Origin: Bacteriovoracaceae bacterium
GTDB taxonomy: Bacteria; Bdellovibrionota; Bacteriovoracia; Bacteriovoracales; Bacteriovoracaceae
Direction of reading: 5' to 3'
Length of the DNA: 64,000 nucleotides
Assembly: GCA_018649885.1 (NCBI GenBank)
Contig: JABIHA010000036.1
Location: 1-64,000 of the forward strand
Part shown: positions 1 through 10,339 of the stretch, piece after piece
Position numbering within the stretch: the first letter of the stretch is position 1
How the letters are laid out: each line of letters starts with the position of its first letter
Position numbers and translations under genes: made by a program
Notes under the pieces: generated by a model
The model's input: the letters and a program-made list of their open reading frames with translations, nothing else
Database searches by the model: none
What the model was told of the DNA's origin: nothing

Positions 1-165
1 AGAAACAGTCGATATTGTTTACTAACAACGGACCGGAAAAATGCAAAAAAACAAGAATGGGGATATTCTCGAAGAAGTGGCCACCAGGGCCTTTCAAAGG
101 GCAAGGTAGCCTAGATGATGGTTCTTAAGTTAGCAGCATTCTCTACTGGCAGCTTTTTGATATGA

Positions 166-1128
166 TTAATCGATATTATGTTGAAAGAATAATTGTTGGT
201 CACCGTACTTACTTGCCACAAATGGCTCTACGACAACGATTTCACCAAGCTCTTCTTTTTCAGCGCCTTCAGAACTTCTTGTATATACTTTGTAAAGAAC
301 CAAACCTTTATGAAATTTGCTTGAATCTGAAAGTCTTTGCCTTAGTCCATCATTAGCATCAAGTTTTTCAGTGGGCATTTGCGCCTCAGCTGTTGGTTCG
401 AATACTAAAGAAAATGGAGACTTTGCAGTGCCCTTGGCAACTGGATTGCCATCTTTTTTTACCTTGGCCAAATCAGTAGTAGATTGAAGTGTTGGATCAG
501 CGTGATCTGAACCTAATCTAACGAGTGTTTTTTTAAAAAAACCGGCCAAGAACTTCAAATCGGCACCTTTGGGAGCAGCAATTTTTGATTCAAATGAATT
601 GGCGAAAAAGTTATAATTGTCCCCTTGTCCATCAAGAGAAAACATTGAAAATATATTTTGACTTTTCTTTCCATCTACCAATAATTTCAGTGCAAACCCT
701 GGAGTATATGATGGTGGTAATTTAGCAAGTGAGACTCTAATTATAGCTGGAACACCTTGATCGTCATCACTCATTTTTTCAAATAAACCGGTGTAAGGTG
801 AATCTTTCGTCACTCTAAAGCTGACACTAGCAACGGAGCCAAAAGTGTGAATCATTTTTACTTTTGGTCTTTTGAATTCATCATTTTCAAGTGTGAATGA
901 TTTTTTCAGATATCTAATATTGGTTAGCTTTAGTAGCTGAACTGCAATATTTGGACTTTTATGGCCTCTAAATTCTGCATCTGTGTATGGCACAGCACTT
1001 ACATTTTCATACAACTCAGTTTGCTTATCAGTTGCTGGTTTCGCTTGGTAAGCTTTTGGCAATAAGGCCATGACTGAAAAACTTGTACATAATAGACAAG
1101 TTGTTAGTAACGATTTCTTGATACTCAT
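166..1128 (-). CDS. Secreted catalase-like (haem-binding fold) protein
   Basis: Start refined to MSIKK (1128, purine-rich RBS upstream); signal peptide; KMIHTFG (distal-His-like), SPYTGLF, IIRVS, PGFALK motifs resembling the catalase-like superfamily. Confidence 0.55.
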   Translation of the reverse strand: MSIKKSLLTTCLLCTSFSVMALLPKAYQAKPATDKQTELYENVSAVPYTDAEFRGHKSPNIAVQLLKLTNIRYLKKSFTLENDEFKRPKVKMIHTFGSVASVSFRVTKDSPYTGLFEKMSDDDQGVPAIIRVSLAKLPPSYTPGFALKLLVDGKKSQNIFSMFSLDGQGDNYNFFANSFESKIAAPKGADLKFLAGFFKKTLVRLGSDHADPTLQSTTDLAKVKKDGNPVAKGTAKSPFSLVFEPTAEAQMPTEKLDANDGLRQRLSDSSKFHKGLVLYKVYTRSSEGAEKEELGEIVVVEPFVASKYGDQQLFFQHNID

Positions 1129-1364
1129 TTCTTCTCCTAAGTAAATTCTATGATGCAAATTAGGTTCTGGAGCTTAAATTAACAAGCTAAAAAGGCAATC
1201 TATGGAAATCACTGAAAATTATACATAGATGTAAACATGGTTTCACAACTTGAGGACGACAAAATTTAAGTAATTATTTTTTGGAACTGTACCAAATTGC
1301 GGGGATGACAAAATCTCCTCTGTTTTTAATTCTTTCATTTATTGAGCTATTATTACACTGAGCT

Positions 1365-1964
1365 TCAAGCACTTTGGTAAACTTCTCTTTCGGCTTCTAT
1401 AAACTGATCTGTGAAATTTGCAAAAAACGAATAGAAATCACAGGGTTCAAAGCTTCCGAGTTTTTTACAAAAAATGGGAATCCAGTTAGCTAGGTGGTTA
1501 TTAAAAAATTGCTTTTGTCTCATAGTGCATATTTTTTCTCTTTCACTATCACCTTCTAAATTGGCCTTCAATTCCTCGTCTAGTAACAGGGTCATAAACT
1601 CAAGCTCGATGCTGATATGATCTGGTAATAATTCTGGCGTTGACTTTATGAGTCCAAAGCTTTGGTAATAATTTTCAACAGATGAAGTAACCTTGCCATA
1701 GAGTTGCCCATCTCCAGTAGGAGAATGTACTGACTCATAAGCGCTGATATGACTCCCAGGACCTATAAACAGCCTGGCAAACTCTACAGACAAGCTTTCA
1801 ATGAAATCACCCTCAACTGAAAAATCAAGGCCTAAAGCACCGAAGATTTCTAAGTCTTTTAGAATTTCCAAGTCTTTAGAAATAAGTTCTCTTTCAAAAA
1901 TCTTTGAAAGAAAAAAATAAAGATTTTTTCTCGATTTAATCTCTTCTAGTCTGCTATCTTTCAT
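1365..1964 (-). CDS. TorD/DmsD-family molybdoenzyme maturation chaperone
   Basis: EFARLFIGP, SAYESV, ELLPDHISIELEFM, FFNNHLANW motifs; overlaps the stop of the molybdoenzyme gene. Confidence 0.9.
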   Translation of the reverse strand: MKDSRLEEIKSRKNLYFFLSKIFERELISKDLEILKDLEIFGALGLDFSVEGDFIESLSVEFARLFIGPGSHISAYESVHSPTGDGQLYGKVTSSVENYYQSFGLIKSTPELLPDHISIELEFMTLLLDEELKANLEGDSEREKICTMRQKQFFNNHLANWIPIFCKKLGSFEPCDFYSFFANFTDQFIEAEREVYQSA

Positions 1965-4205
1965 GTCGTCTTCTTCACAGTTACAACGGTATCCATTGTG
2001 GCCATTCCGCCACCAATAGGATCCCCTTTATTTGAAATAATCCAATTTGGTCTCACTCCAAAATCGCTCCACCACATCAAATTACTATCTTTATCAGTTT
2101 TTTCAAATTCTTTGTTAGAAGACTCGCCAGTAGTGGCCTTTTTGCCACTGGCATATCTTCCGTACTCCCAATGTCCAAAGTGGTGGGCAAGTGCAATGAC
2201 TTGAGGGTGAACCCTGTGAGTAAGTTTAACTTTTGTAGAAATTTTTCCAAGATCAGATGCCACTTCGACAACCTCACCATCAAGTACACCAATTGACTTG
2301 GCAGTTTGAGGATGAATCCAAGCAGGTTCACTATGAGAAATCTCTGAAAGATATTTACAGTTTTGGGAGCGGCTATGAATTTGAGCGGCTACTTTAAAAG
2401 TGGTTAAGATAAACTTATTCCCTCCGATTTTGACTTCATCGTGCCCAGGAATTGGCATCCAAGCGGGAAGTTTCGGATATTTGCCACCACTTTTTTTAGC
2501 AAGTCCTTCATGAGAAATTGTGAATAGTCCTGATGATCTCCCTGTTTTAAGACTTCCTTTATCAGGAGGAAAACCGTGGTAGATAACTCCATCAATCATT
2601 TGGCCAACATAGTTTTTGCCCTGTTTGGCATCCCACTTTCCATCTTTTGATTTAGATTTGTCATAAACAAGGCCTGTATCTAGCTTTCCCCAATTAGACT
2701 TCATTTTTTTTGATAAAATCTTTTCGTGAGATAGGTATTTAGGCTTTGCCTTACGATCATGCCAAACACCATGCTTAACCATATATTCAAAGCCGCCAGC
2801 TTCTTTTACACCCTTAGTATTTTCACAGGCATCTTTTACAAACTCTTTTGCTGTTTTAAAGGGAAGCCAGCTTGCAATGGCATTACTTCCTTTTAAATTG
2901 GCCTTTTTATCAACGACTTTAGCTAAATCATAGACCACATCTTTAAAATCTCTAGCTTCTCCCATTGGGCTCACAATAGGTTGTCTAATGTAATACTCTG
3001 CGATTTGATCAGGTGAAACCATATCTTCCCAGTCCCAGCGCTCTAGGTAAGTTGCATCCGGAAGTAATATATCTGCAAAGACAGCAGATTCATCATAGGA
3101 AGTATTAATACAAACGGTATGAGGAATTATTGATTCATCAGCTAAAATTTTCTGAGACTCCTTCATATCCCCATTGGCAAATACAGGGGTGTAGCAGTAC
3201 CACATATATATTGATGGTCTTCCCTTTTTTCCATCTCTGATCATCTCTAATACATTTTGACATGCACCGTGTGTTGGATAGAGATAGCCTTCCCCATTTG
3301 TAATTTTTAATTTTTTAGAGGCCTTTGGTTTTTTAAAGGTATTCTTCCATTTAGCAGATACGGCCCTGCAAGTTCCGCCTTTAACATCAATATTCCCACA
3401 CAATGCCTGAAGGGTTAGAGAAATTCTCTCTCCCATAGTACCATTGTGATGAGAGGCAACTCCTCTATAGGTCATAATATTTGCAGGCCAAGTCTTTGCA
3501 TAAAGTGTAGCAAGCTCAATTATTTTCTTACTAGGCACTCCACTTATTTTTTGCGCCCAATCAGGTGTATATCCATTTTTAGTAACATGCTCAGTTAACT
3601 CTTTTAAAGTTGTATTTGTATACTTGGCAATAAACTTCTGCCCTCTTTTAGGAGTTAGCTTGGAGTTTACGATGTGATAAATCATCGCAAGCATCACCGC
3701 TGAGTCTGTTCCAGGTTTAACTGGAATCCATTCTGTACTCTTAGCAGCAGTTTCAGAAAGTCTCACGTCAAAAGTGTACATTTTCACACCCTCAGAGAGG
3801 GATTTTGATAAGCGAGAGACAACTGGGATATGGTTTGTGTGTGCAGCCATAACATTGCTGCCAAAATTAATAATTAATTTGGTATTTTCAACATCCCATG
3901 AATCGTAATGTTTTCCCCAGACCATCTCCTGGCCCACCCACTTAGAACCCTCACAAATGGAGGTGTGTCCCATTATAGTTTTAGTTCCAAATGCAGGGAG
4001 AAAATAACTTTTTATTATTTTAGAAGAGCTTCCTTTCATTCTGCCGTAATGAAATGCAAGTTCTTCCTCTTTACCTTTTTTCTTTAATTCGGCCATCCAG
4101 CCACCCACTTCATCAAGGGCCTGGTCCCAGGTAATTCTCTTCCATTTACCTGCACCTCTCGCCCCTACCCTTTTCATAGGAAATAGAAGCCTGTCTGGAT
4201 CGTAG
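1961..4205 (-). pseudogene. Molybdopterin oxidoreductase catalytic subunit (DMSO-reductase family, Psr/Arr-like), 5'-truncated
   Basis: YDPDRLLFPMKR..GKWKRITWDQAL, HTSIC, ADILLPDATYLERWD and a C-terminal dinucleotide-binding domain. Homology stops at about 4205 and there is an in-frame stop at about 4238-4240. No Tat leader or [4Fe-4S] Cys motif. Confidence 0.75.
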
Positions 4206-4289
4206 CAGCAAATTGTTTCGCTAGCAAAGTCGAAACGTTATTGTTTCGATTTGATTGGCAAGTCCCCTCCGTTCCAATATGATTTTCCC

Positions 4290-5021
4290 ATGAACGAAGC
4301 AACAGTTTTAAAAACTATTCTAGAAAATAAAAAAAAGAGAAACCCAAGCTACTCTCTTAGAAGTTTTGCACGTGACTTAAAAGTCTCCGCAACAGCGCTT
4401 TCCCAGGTGATGAATGGAAAAAGGTCATTTTCTAAGAAAAACTGTGAAAAGATTTTAAATAACCTCAATTTATCACCAATAGAAAAAGAGCGTTTCTTAA
4501 AAGGTAAAGCAGACCTAAAAACGCAAAAATTTTTGCAGATTGAAGATGACCAGTTTCAATTTATCTCTCACTGGTATTATGTTGCCGTACTTATGCAATT
4601 TCTAAAAAAAGAAAAACCAGGCCTGGCAAAAATTTCTAACAATTTAGGAATTGAAAAAAGCAAAGTATCGAATGCTATTAAAACACTTAAAAGACTAAAG
4701 CTCTTAATAGTAGATGGGAAAGGCCTAAAGCCCTGCACTGGAAATTTTAAAACTACAATTGATAATCCAAGCCGGGCAATTAAAAATCATCACAGAGAAA
4801 ACCTTGAACTTGCTGCCTTTGCACTTGAAAATGTAAATGTAGAGGACAGAGAGATTAGCTCTATGACTCTAAATATTGATCCAGGTAAAATTGAAGAAGC
4901 GAAAAAACATATCGTCGACTTCAAAAGAAAGTTTTGTAAAAAAGTTGAAAAAGATGATGGAGATTTGACTTATACACTGTGTGTTCAGTTTTTTCCAACA
5001 TCTCTAAAGGAGAAAAAATAG
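4290..5021 (+). CDS. TIGR02147-family (HTH + DUF4423) regulator-like protein
   Basis: RNPSYSLRSFARDL HTH, ISHWYY, AIKNHHRENLELA, REISSMT, YTLCVQFFP motifs; ATG at 4290. Confidence 0.85.
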   Translation: MNEATVLKTILENKKKRNPSYSLRSFARDLKVSATALSQVMNGKRSFSKKNCEKILNNLNLSPIEKERFLKGKADLKTQKFLQIEDDQFQFISHWYYVAVLMQFLKKEKPGLAKISNNLGIEKSKVSNAIKTLKRLKLLIVDGKGLKPCTGNFKTTIDNPSRAIKNHHRENLELAAFALENVNVEDREISSMTLNIDPGKIEEAKKHIVDFKRKFCKKVEKDDGDLTYTLCVQFFPTSLKEKK

Positions 5022-5980
5022 TGAGAATTTTTCTTTTATTAACTCTTACTTTAAATGCCTACGCTGGGTTTGAAGTTGGAAATGGGGGCGGGATATCTGA
5101 AAATAATATCCTAATGGCCTATAGGCAACTGGCGAAACCACTCAAATTCTGCTTAGACTTCAAACTCTGTTTTCTAAGTGATAGAGAAAACCAAGTTTTG
5201 AAAAAAATTTATGACACCCTTGAGATCGAATATGGAAATTCCCATCAAGTCGTTTTTAAAATGGAAAAGGAAATGCCCAAAGGCTTTTTCAGAGACAAAT
5301 ATGGCAACCCTCGTCTTGCAGTTACCTTTTCTCATACTGGAAGTACTATTTATTTTAATAGACAACTCCTCTATTTTTCTCCAGGTGGTAAAAAAAGAGA
5401 TATAAGCATAGAAACGGCATTTTCCATTTTAATCCACGAATTAGGCCATCATCATGATGAGGCTGATCACACCTTTCTCAATGACCTTGGTAGTAAGGTG
5501 GTAAAATACTCTCTAGGCAAAAAATGGAGATTATCGCCTCCAAGCATTCCCATTTTTACGGAAATAGTTAATATTAAATTCGATAAAGGCAATGTATCTC
5601 AAGACTTAGTTTTTATACATGATCAGCTAAAATCTATCGATCTAACTGATAAAATCAAAAAAATCATGAAATGTGAAACCCCCAAAAACCAACTGCTAGG
5701 TTTTGAAGTATGGCAAGGATCTTGGATGCGTATTACAAAGGGTTTTCAAAAGATAAAGTTGAATCTAAGAAGTTTTTGCTACAGCAGGGAAGCCAGTATA
5801 TTAAAAAAACGAGAAGGAGACACTATTCTAATTGGTATCAGTACTTCCTATCCAAATGAAAGCACTAAGCTTCAAATAACAAACTTAGATCTAAATTATA
5901 TTGAATGCAAGGAAGACTTAGATAAGTGCCTTGATCACAGGATATATTATAACCTTAATAAATTGGGAGGAAATTTATGA
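5021..5980 (+). CDS. Secreted protein with HExxH motif (putative zinc metallopeptidase)
   Basis: GTG start overlapping the upstream stop; signal peptide then GFEVGNGGG; LIHELGHH. Confidence 0.6.
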   Translation: MRIFLLLTLTLNAYAGFEVGNGGGISENNILMAYRQLAKPLKFCLDFKLCFLSDRENQVLKKIYDTLEIEYGNSHQVVFKMEKEMPKGFFRDKYGNPRLAVTFSHTGSTIYFNRQLLYFSPGGKKRDISIETAFSILIHELGHHHDEADHTFLNDLGSKVVKYSLGKKWRLSPPSIPIFTEIVNIKFDKGNVSQDLVFIHDQLKSIDLTDKIKKIMKCETPKNQLLGFEVWQGSWMRITKGFQKIKLNLRSFCYSREASILKKREGDTILIGISTSYPNESTKLQITNLDLNYIECKEDLDKCLDHRIYYNLNKLGGNL

Positions 5981-6570
5981 AAAAATTATTAGTTTTACTT
6001 TGTTTTGTTTGTTTTAGTGGCCTAAGTTATGCTGAAGAGAGCGATCCTGTTGGCTTTAACATGGATGCTTTTTTGAAGGTTAATACTCCATGCCTTTCAG
6101 GCTTTTGCATGGATTTGAGCATGAATTCACCAATAAGCTTTAAATTACTTCATAGGTCTACGATTACTAGCGTAGAGGATAATGGAAAGGTTCGATACAC
6201 AACGCTGACAGTCACTCATAGAGGCTTCTATTCCCAAGTTGTTGAAAAAGACGGACACCGCTATATTGGGATTGTTACTATTGAGAGACAAAAATTTATT
6301 GCTCCAGACATTTACAAAATGCCTCTTGAGAGCTTTACCCTAAGACTTGAGATTTTTAACGATAGTGGACGTGTAGCTGAGTTGAGTTCATATTTTTCAA
6401 AAGCAAGTGATGTTCCAAGTGTGACTTTAAAAAGTCCAGATATTGTTACCAGAACAGGAGCTGTATTTGCAACATTCAGTATTGGACCTGGCTCTGTTGT
6501 GAAGCCATTTCCCCTTCAAAATGTAGACTATCCCAATATCGAGCTGATAAGTGGGGAACTTGCAGAATAA
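5977..6570 (+). CDS. Secreted hypothetical protein
   Basis: GGAGG RBS, signal peptide MKKLLVLL..SYA; 4-bp overlap with the upstream gene. Confidence 0.75.
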   Translation: MKKLLVLLCFVCFSGLSYAEESDPVGFNMDAFLKVNTPCLSGFCMDLSMNSPISFKLLHRSTITSVEDNGKVRYTTLTVTHRGFYSQVVEKDGHRYIGIVTIERQKFIAPDIYKMPLESFTLRLEIFNDSGRVAELSSYFSKASDVPSVTLKSPDIVTRTGAVFATFSIGPGSVVKPFPLQNVDYPNIELISGELAE

Positions 6571-6584
6571 TTTCAAGTAAAATT

Positions 6585-6611
6585 CAAAGAGGAGCAGATA
6601 GCTCCTCTTTG
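6585..6611. terminator. Bidirectional intrinsic terminator
   Basis: CAAAGAGGAGC-AGATA-GCTCCTCTTTG perfect 11-bp stem between convergent genes. Confidence 0.8.
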
Positions 6612-6620
6612 CAATTTGGT

Positions 6621-7541
6621 TTATTTAGTTAGAGTTGGAAAATAATTACCAGGCCATGCTGAATTGTTTTTTTCTGTCTCACCGATATATTTAGTCACAT
6701 CTGCTGGATAAACTAAACAATCATAGTCTTTTTGTACTTTATTAATTTTAATTTCACCTTTTCCTTCGCTAATAAAATCAAAGTGACCGGAAGCATCCGA
6801 CCAACCAAGAATATCGTAGTTAGGACCGGCCTTTAGGCCATCAATTGCATCATAGAGATCAAATGAGCAGCTATCTGAGAAGTGAGCATTATCCCCTGCC
6901 ATTCCACTATCAAGAATAAAGACAACTCCTCCCTCGTTAAGACCTAGGCCAGTCATTTCCTTAACCAAACCGGCGGCTCCTATGTGAGCGATTGTAAAAG
7001 CTATTGTCTCAGCAATCTTACTTGCCAAGATTTCATCTTCTTTTAAAATACTACTGACAAGTGAGCTCGGAACGCCCATCCCAATGAGTTCTAAAATATC
7101 AGAGCTTGTTCCAATAGAAATATTAGTAACTTCTGGATCGAGAGTGAAACTCAATGTAAGTCCTGAGGGAAGTTCGTCACCAACTGTGATTCCTGGTGGA
7201 ATGTCTACTCCGTTCCAAAATGAGCTTGAACTTGAAACACTAAAAGAGCCAAATCCAATGAGTGAAAGGGTTCCTCCACCTTTTAATGTCTCGTGAACGA
7301 GTGAATTTACAATGGCCGGGAAAACTGATGATACTTGATCTTCTGTTAGGCCTACAGCTTTTGATACTTTCGCAACAATTTCTTGTTCCGTTTTTTCATC
7401 TAATATAGATAAGCTAAAACCATCCTTTGTGTGGCTTGAAATAACCTCAGAATCAAAGGTTCGATCTTCGACAAGCCCAAAGGCATTGGTAACCATAAGC
7501 ATAACTAATAAACTAAAAACATTGATTTTGAAAACTTCCAT
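6621..7541 (-). CDS. Secreted mosaic protein with an HU/IHF-like segment and multiple short foreign motifs
   Basis: Signal peptide; aa 51-103 HU-like (LSLIGFGSFSV); VKEMTGLGL; VFILDSG; KYIGETEKN; AGGAG RBS. Confidence 0.75.
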   Translation of the reverse strand: MEVFKINVFSLLVMLMVTNAFGLVEDRTFDSEVISSHTKDGFSLSILDEKTEQEIVAKVSKAVGLTEDQVSSVFPAIVNSLVHETLKGGGTLSLIGFGSFSVSSSSSFWNGVDIPPGITVGDELPSGLTLSFTLDPEVTNISIGTSSDILELIGMGVPSSLVSSILKEDEILASKIAETIAFTIAHIGAAGLVKEMTGLGLNEGGVVFILDSGMAGDNAHFSDSCSFDLYDAIDGLKAGPNYDILGWSDASGHFDFISEGKGEIKINKVQKDYDCLVYPADVTKYIGETEKNNSAWPGNYFPTLTK

Positions 7542-7586
7542 GAAATCATCTCCTAAAAATAGTTGTGTAAATTACCTGATGTAGAT

Positions 7587-7602
7587 TGCATCATTGGTGC
7601 CA
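7587..7602 (-). promoter_or_regulatory. Putative sigma-54 (-24/-12) promoter
   Basis: Minus strand TGGCAC-CAATG-ATGCA, about 45 bp upstream of the 7541 start. Confidence 0.6.
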
Positions 7603-7836
7603 AAGATTGAGTAACATTCTGATAGTTTAAGATTGAGAGGTGCTGATATTTGTTAATAATTCTTAAGATCTTTTACAATAGAGTATTGCGAATAAATCAA
7701 AAATGTTTAGAGCATAAGATCACTTGCGCGGCACAGTGCAGGTAACCCGAGCCCCTCTGAGAAAATTAGGATTGGAGTAACCACATAAATCATATAAAAT
7801 GGAGCTTTAATTTTATGATGGTGTTCAGGAAAGCAG

Positions 7837-9606
7837 ATGAAGCAGAGCAAGTGGTTTTTACCCGTTTTTTTTAGTCTAGTTGGAATAGTCGCATTTTTTT
7901 CTATCAAACACTTCAGTGATCAAAACGAAGAAGCAAAATTCAAAAAACAGCAGACTCAATATTCAATTAAAGTAAATCATCTTTTTCATGAACACTTTCA
8001 GGAAATTATTCTAGTCCAACAAAGAATGGCCAATAGATGGGCCAGGAAAAAAAGAGATTATACGAAAAATGAGTGGATGCTTGAAGCAATGGACTCAGTT
8101 AATGATTACCAGTCTTACCAGGCAATAGGATATAATGAAAAAGACTCAACAGTTAGGTGGATTTACCCCGAAATAAACAATAAAGTTGCTATTGGATACC
8201 AACTTTCCACAAACCCTATTCGAAACGAAGCGATACTACTTGCTCTCAAAACCCACAAAACTGCCATAACAAGAACTATTGATCTCAAACAAGGCGGTAA
8301 AGGTATCCTGATTATCACTCCCGTTTTCCGGGAAAGCTATCACCTTGGATTTGTTGTTGGAGTTTTCAAAATACAGAATTTAATCAATCTAATTCAAGAC
8401 AATCGGTTCGTAATTGAGCTCTATGAATCAAATGACCTCGTTTTTAAGGGGAGTAAGAAAAGATCAAATTACCACCAGTCCCTCGCTTTTGAAGTGGTGA
8501 ATACAAAATGGAAAGTTGGTATTTTCACAGCTCAAAGTCAGCTTACTCCAAGGCCTACCCAGCTGGTAATTTATTTCATCTTTGCATTTATTGTTTCTAT
8601 CCTTCTTACAGCTCTTGTGCACTATTTTCTCCAACATCAAAATAATGTCACTGAGATAAAATCTATTTTTGATTCATTCCCCGATTTAATTTTTAAAATC
8701 AACGAAGATGGTCTAATCATCAACGATCACTCACATGAAGGTCTAGTGACCTCCTCCAATTCAGAATTATTAGTAGGTCAAAAAATACAATCGATTTTCC
8801 CAAATGAAATTAGAAGTCAATTTGACCAAGCACTTCAAAATACAAAAAATAATAGCTTTCAGGTTTTTTCATACCAGTTAAATGCTAATGGCCAAAACAA
8901 GTATTTTGAAGCCAGAATTATTAAATACCACAAGCAATCAATAATGCTCATTATTAGAGACACTACAGAGATAAACAAATTGGAGATTGAGCGAAAAAAA
9001 AGCGAGAAAGAGAAAGATATTTTGCTGCAAGAAGTTCACCATAGAGTCAAAAATAATCTCCAGACGATTATCTCGATCATAGATCTACAAGCAGCTAACC
9101 AAAAAGATCAATCTATTATAAATGACTATAAAAATTTAAAGAGCAGAGTCTTTGCGATCGCCTTAATACACAAATTGTTGTACCAATCACACGATATATC
9201 TAAAATAAAACTTTGTGATCTAATTAAACCGATTATTAATCATCCAAGCTCTCTTTATCAAATAGCTGAAAATGTAATAGAGGTTCAATGCATAGGTGAT
9301 GAATACGCTATAGAGATAGAAGAGGCAATAAATTGCGGAATAATTGTAAATGAAGTACTTACAAACTCCCTAAAGCACGCCTTTGATAGCTTTGATGAGG
9401 CGAAAATTAAAATCACGATCTATTCCAATAAAAAACAATTTATAACTATTTCAGATAACGGATGCGGATTTGCCAAGGATAATGGTGATGATCCTGGAGC
9501 ACAGCTGGGACTTACAATAATAGAGGGCCTATCAAAACAAATGAAGGCCAATTATTCATTTTCTGGTGATCAGGGCACCACTTTTAAAATGGAGTTTTAC
9601 CCATGA
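7837..9606 (+). CDS. CHASE-PAS sensor histidine kinase (HisKA_2 type)
   Basis: Two TM segments around a CHASE-like domain; PAS (DSFPDLIF); EVHHRVKNNLQ H-box; NEVLTNSLKHAF, DNGCG. Confidence 0.9.
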   Translation: MKQSKWFLPVFFSLVGIVAFFSIKHFSDQNEEAKFKKQQTQYSIKVNHLFHEHFQEIILVQQRMANRWARKKRDYTKNEWMLEAMDSVNDYQSYQAIGYNEKDSTVRWIYPEINNKVAIGYQLSTNPIRNEAILLALKTHKTAITRTIDLKQGGKGILIITPVFRESYHLGFVVGVFKIQNLINLIQDNRFVIELYESNDLVFKGSKKRSNYHQSLAFEVVNTKWKVGIFTAQSQLTPRPTQLVIYFIFAFIVSILLTALVHYFLQHQNNVTEIKSIFDSFPDLIFKINEDGLIINDHSHEGLVTSSNSELLVGQKIQSIFPNEIRSQFDQALQNTKNNSFQVFSYQLNANGQNKYFEARIIKYHKQSIMLIIRDTTEINKLEIERKKSEKEKDILLQEVHHRVKNNLQTIISIIDLQAANQKDQSIINDYKNLKSRVFAIALIHKLLYQSHDISKIKLCDLIKPIINHPSSLYQIAENVIEVQCIGDEYAIEIEEAINCGIIVNEVLTNSLKHAFDSFDEAKIKITIYSNKKQFITISDNGCGFAKDNGDDPGAQLGLTIIEGLSKQMKANYSFSGDQGTTFKMEFYP

Positions 9607-9965
9607 ACTACCCTTCAAGCACACTTATTGTTGAAGACAACCCAATTATCGCCCTCGGCTTTGAAAACCTTCTTGTCAGCTTTGGGATTGAAAATATTAA
9701 TGTTGCAACATCTTTCGAAGAAGCTATATCACACCACGATATTTTTGAGTTGGCCTTGATAGATATAAATCTTGGTGGAGGAAATGACGGGTTTGAACTT
9801 GCAAAGCAGATTCAAAAGAAGGGGCCAAATACTAAAATCATTTTTATTACGGCCTATAAAGATCAAAAAATTATGAGTAGAGTCTCAGAGATAAAAAATG
9901 CTGTACTGCTGGAAAAACCTTTGCACGAAAATGAGCTCAAAGTGGCCCTTGAAACAAATCCGTAA
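9603..9965 (+). CDS. Single-domain response regulator
   Basis: IVEDN, LIDINL, FITAY, EKP; overlaps the kinase stop. Confidence 0.9.
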   Translation: MNYPSSTLIVEDNPIIALGFENLLVSFGIENINVATSFEEAISHHDIFELALIDINLGGGNDGFELAKQIQKKGPNTKIIFITAYKDQKIMSRVSEIKNAVLLEKPLHENELKVALETNP

Positions 9966-10339
9966 AATTTGAATCCCCTCTAAGAGGCTGATCTCCGCTG
10001 AAATTTAGAGAATATTTGATCACATTTTAAAAATGTATCCAGAAATTTGATTGTTGGAAAAAAATTTTCCAGTTTTTACTGCCAAAAATATCCACATTTT
10101 TAACATTCTCATACAACCCGGACACAACTGACACCAATTCAGCTTAGTGAGGGATGCGTCAAGTAACAGTATATTGATCTTGAAGACCCAAAAAGACCCG
10201 TTCAAATTAACGTTTTGTCCAATTACCCAGTATTTAGAGTCGGATCCATTCTTGCTTATTAAAAGCGCAAGCAAAACATTGCCAATAGGAATGGCATATA
10301 AAATAAAAAAGTTTCGACTTTTTTGCAAAGGGGAATTCG

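Noticed and set aside
6621..7541. Calling this gene hup (HU) or an AAA ATPase
   Set aside because: Only fragments match. It has a signal peptide, no basic DNA-binding arm and no Walker A/B motifs.
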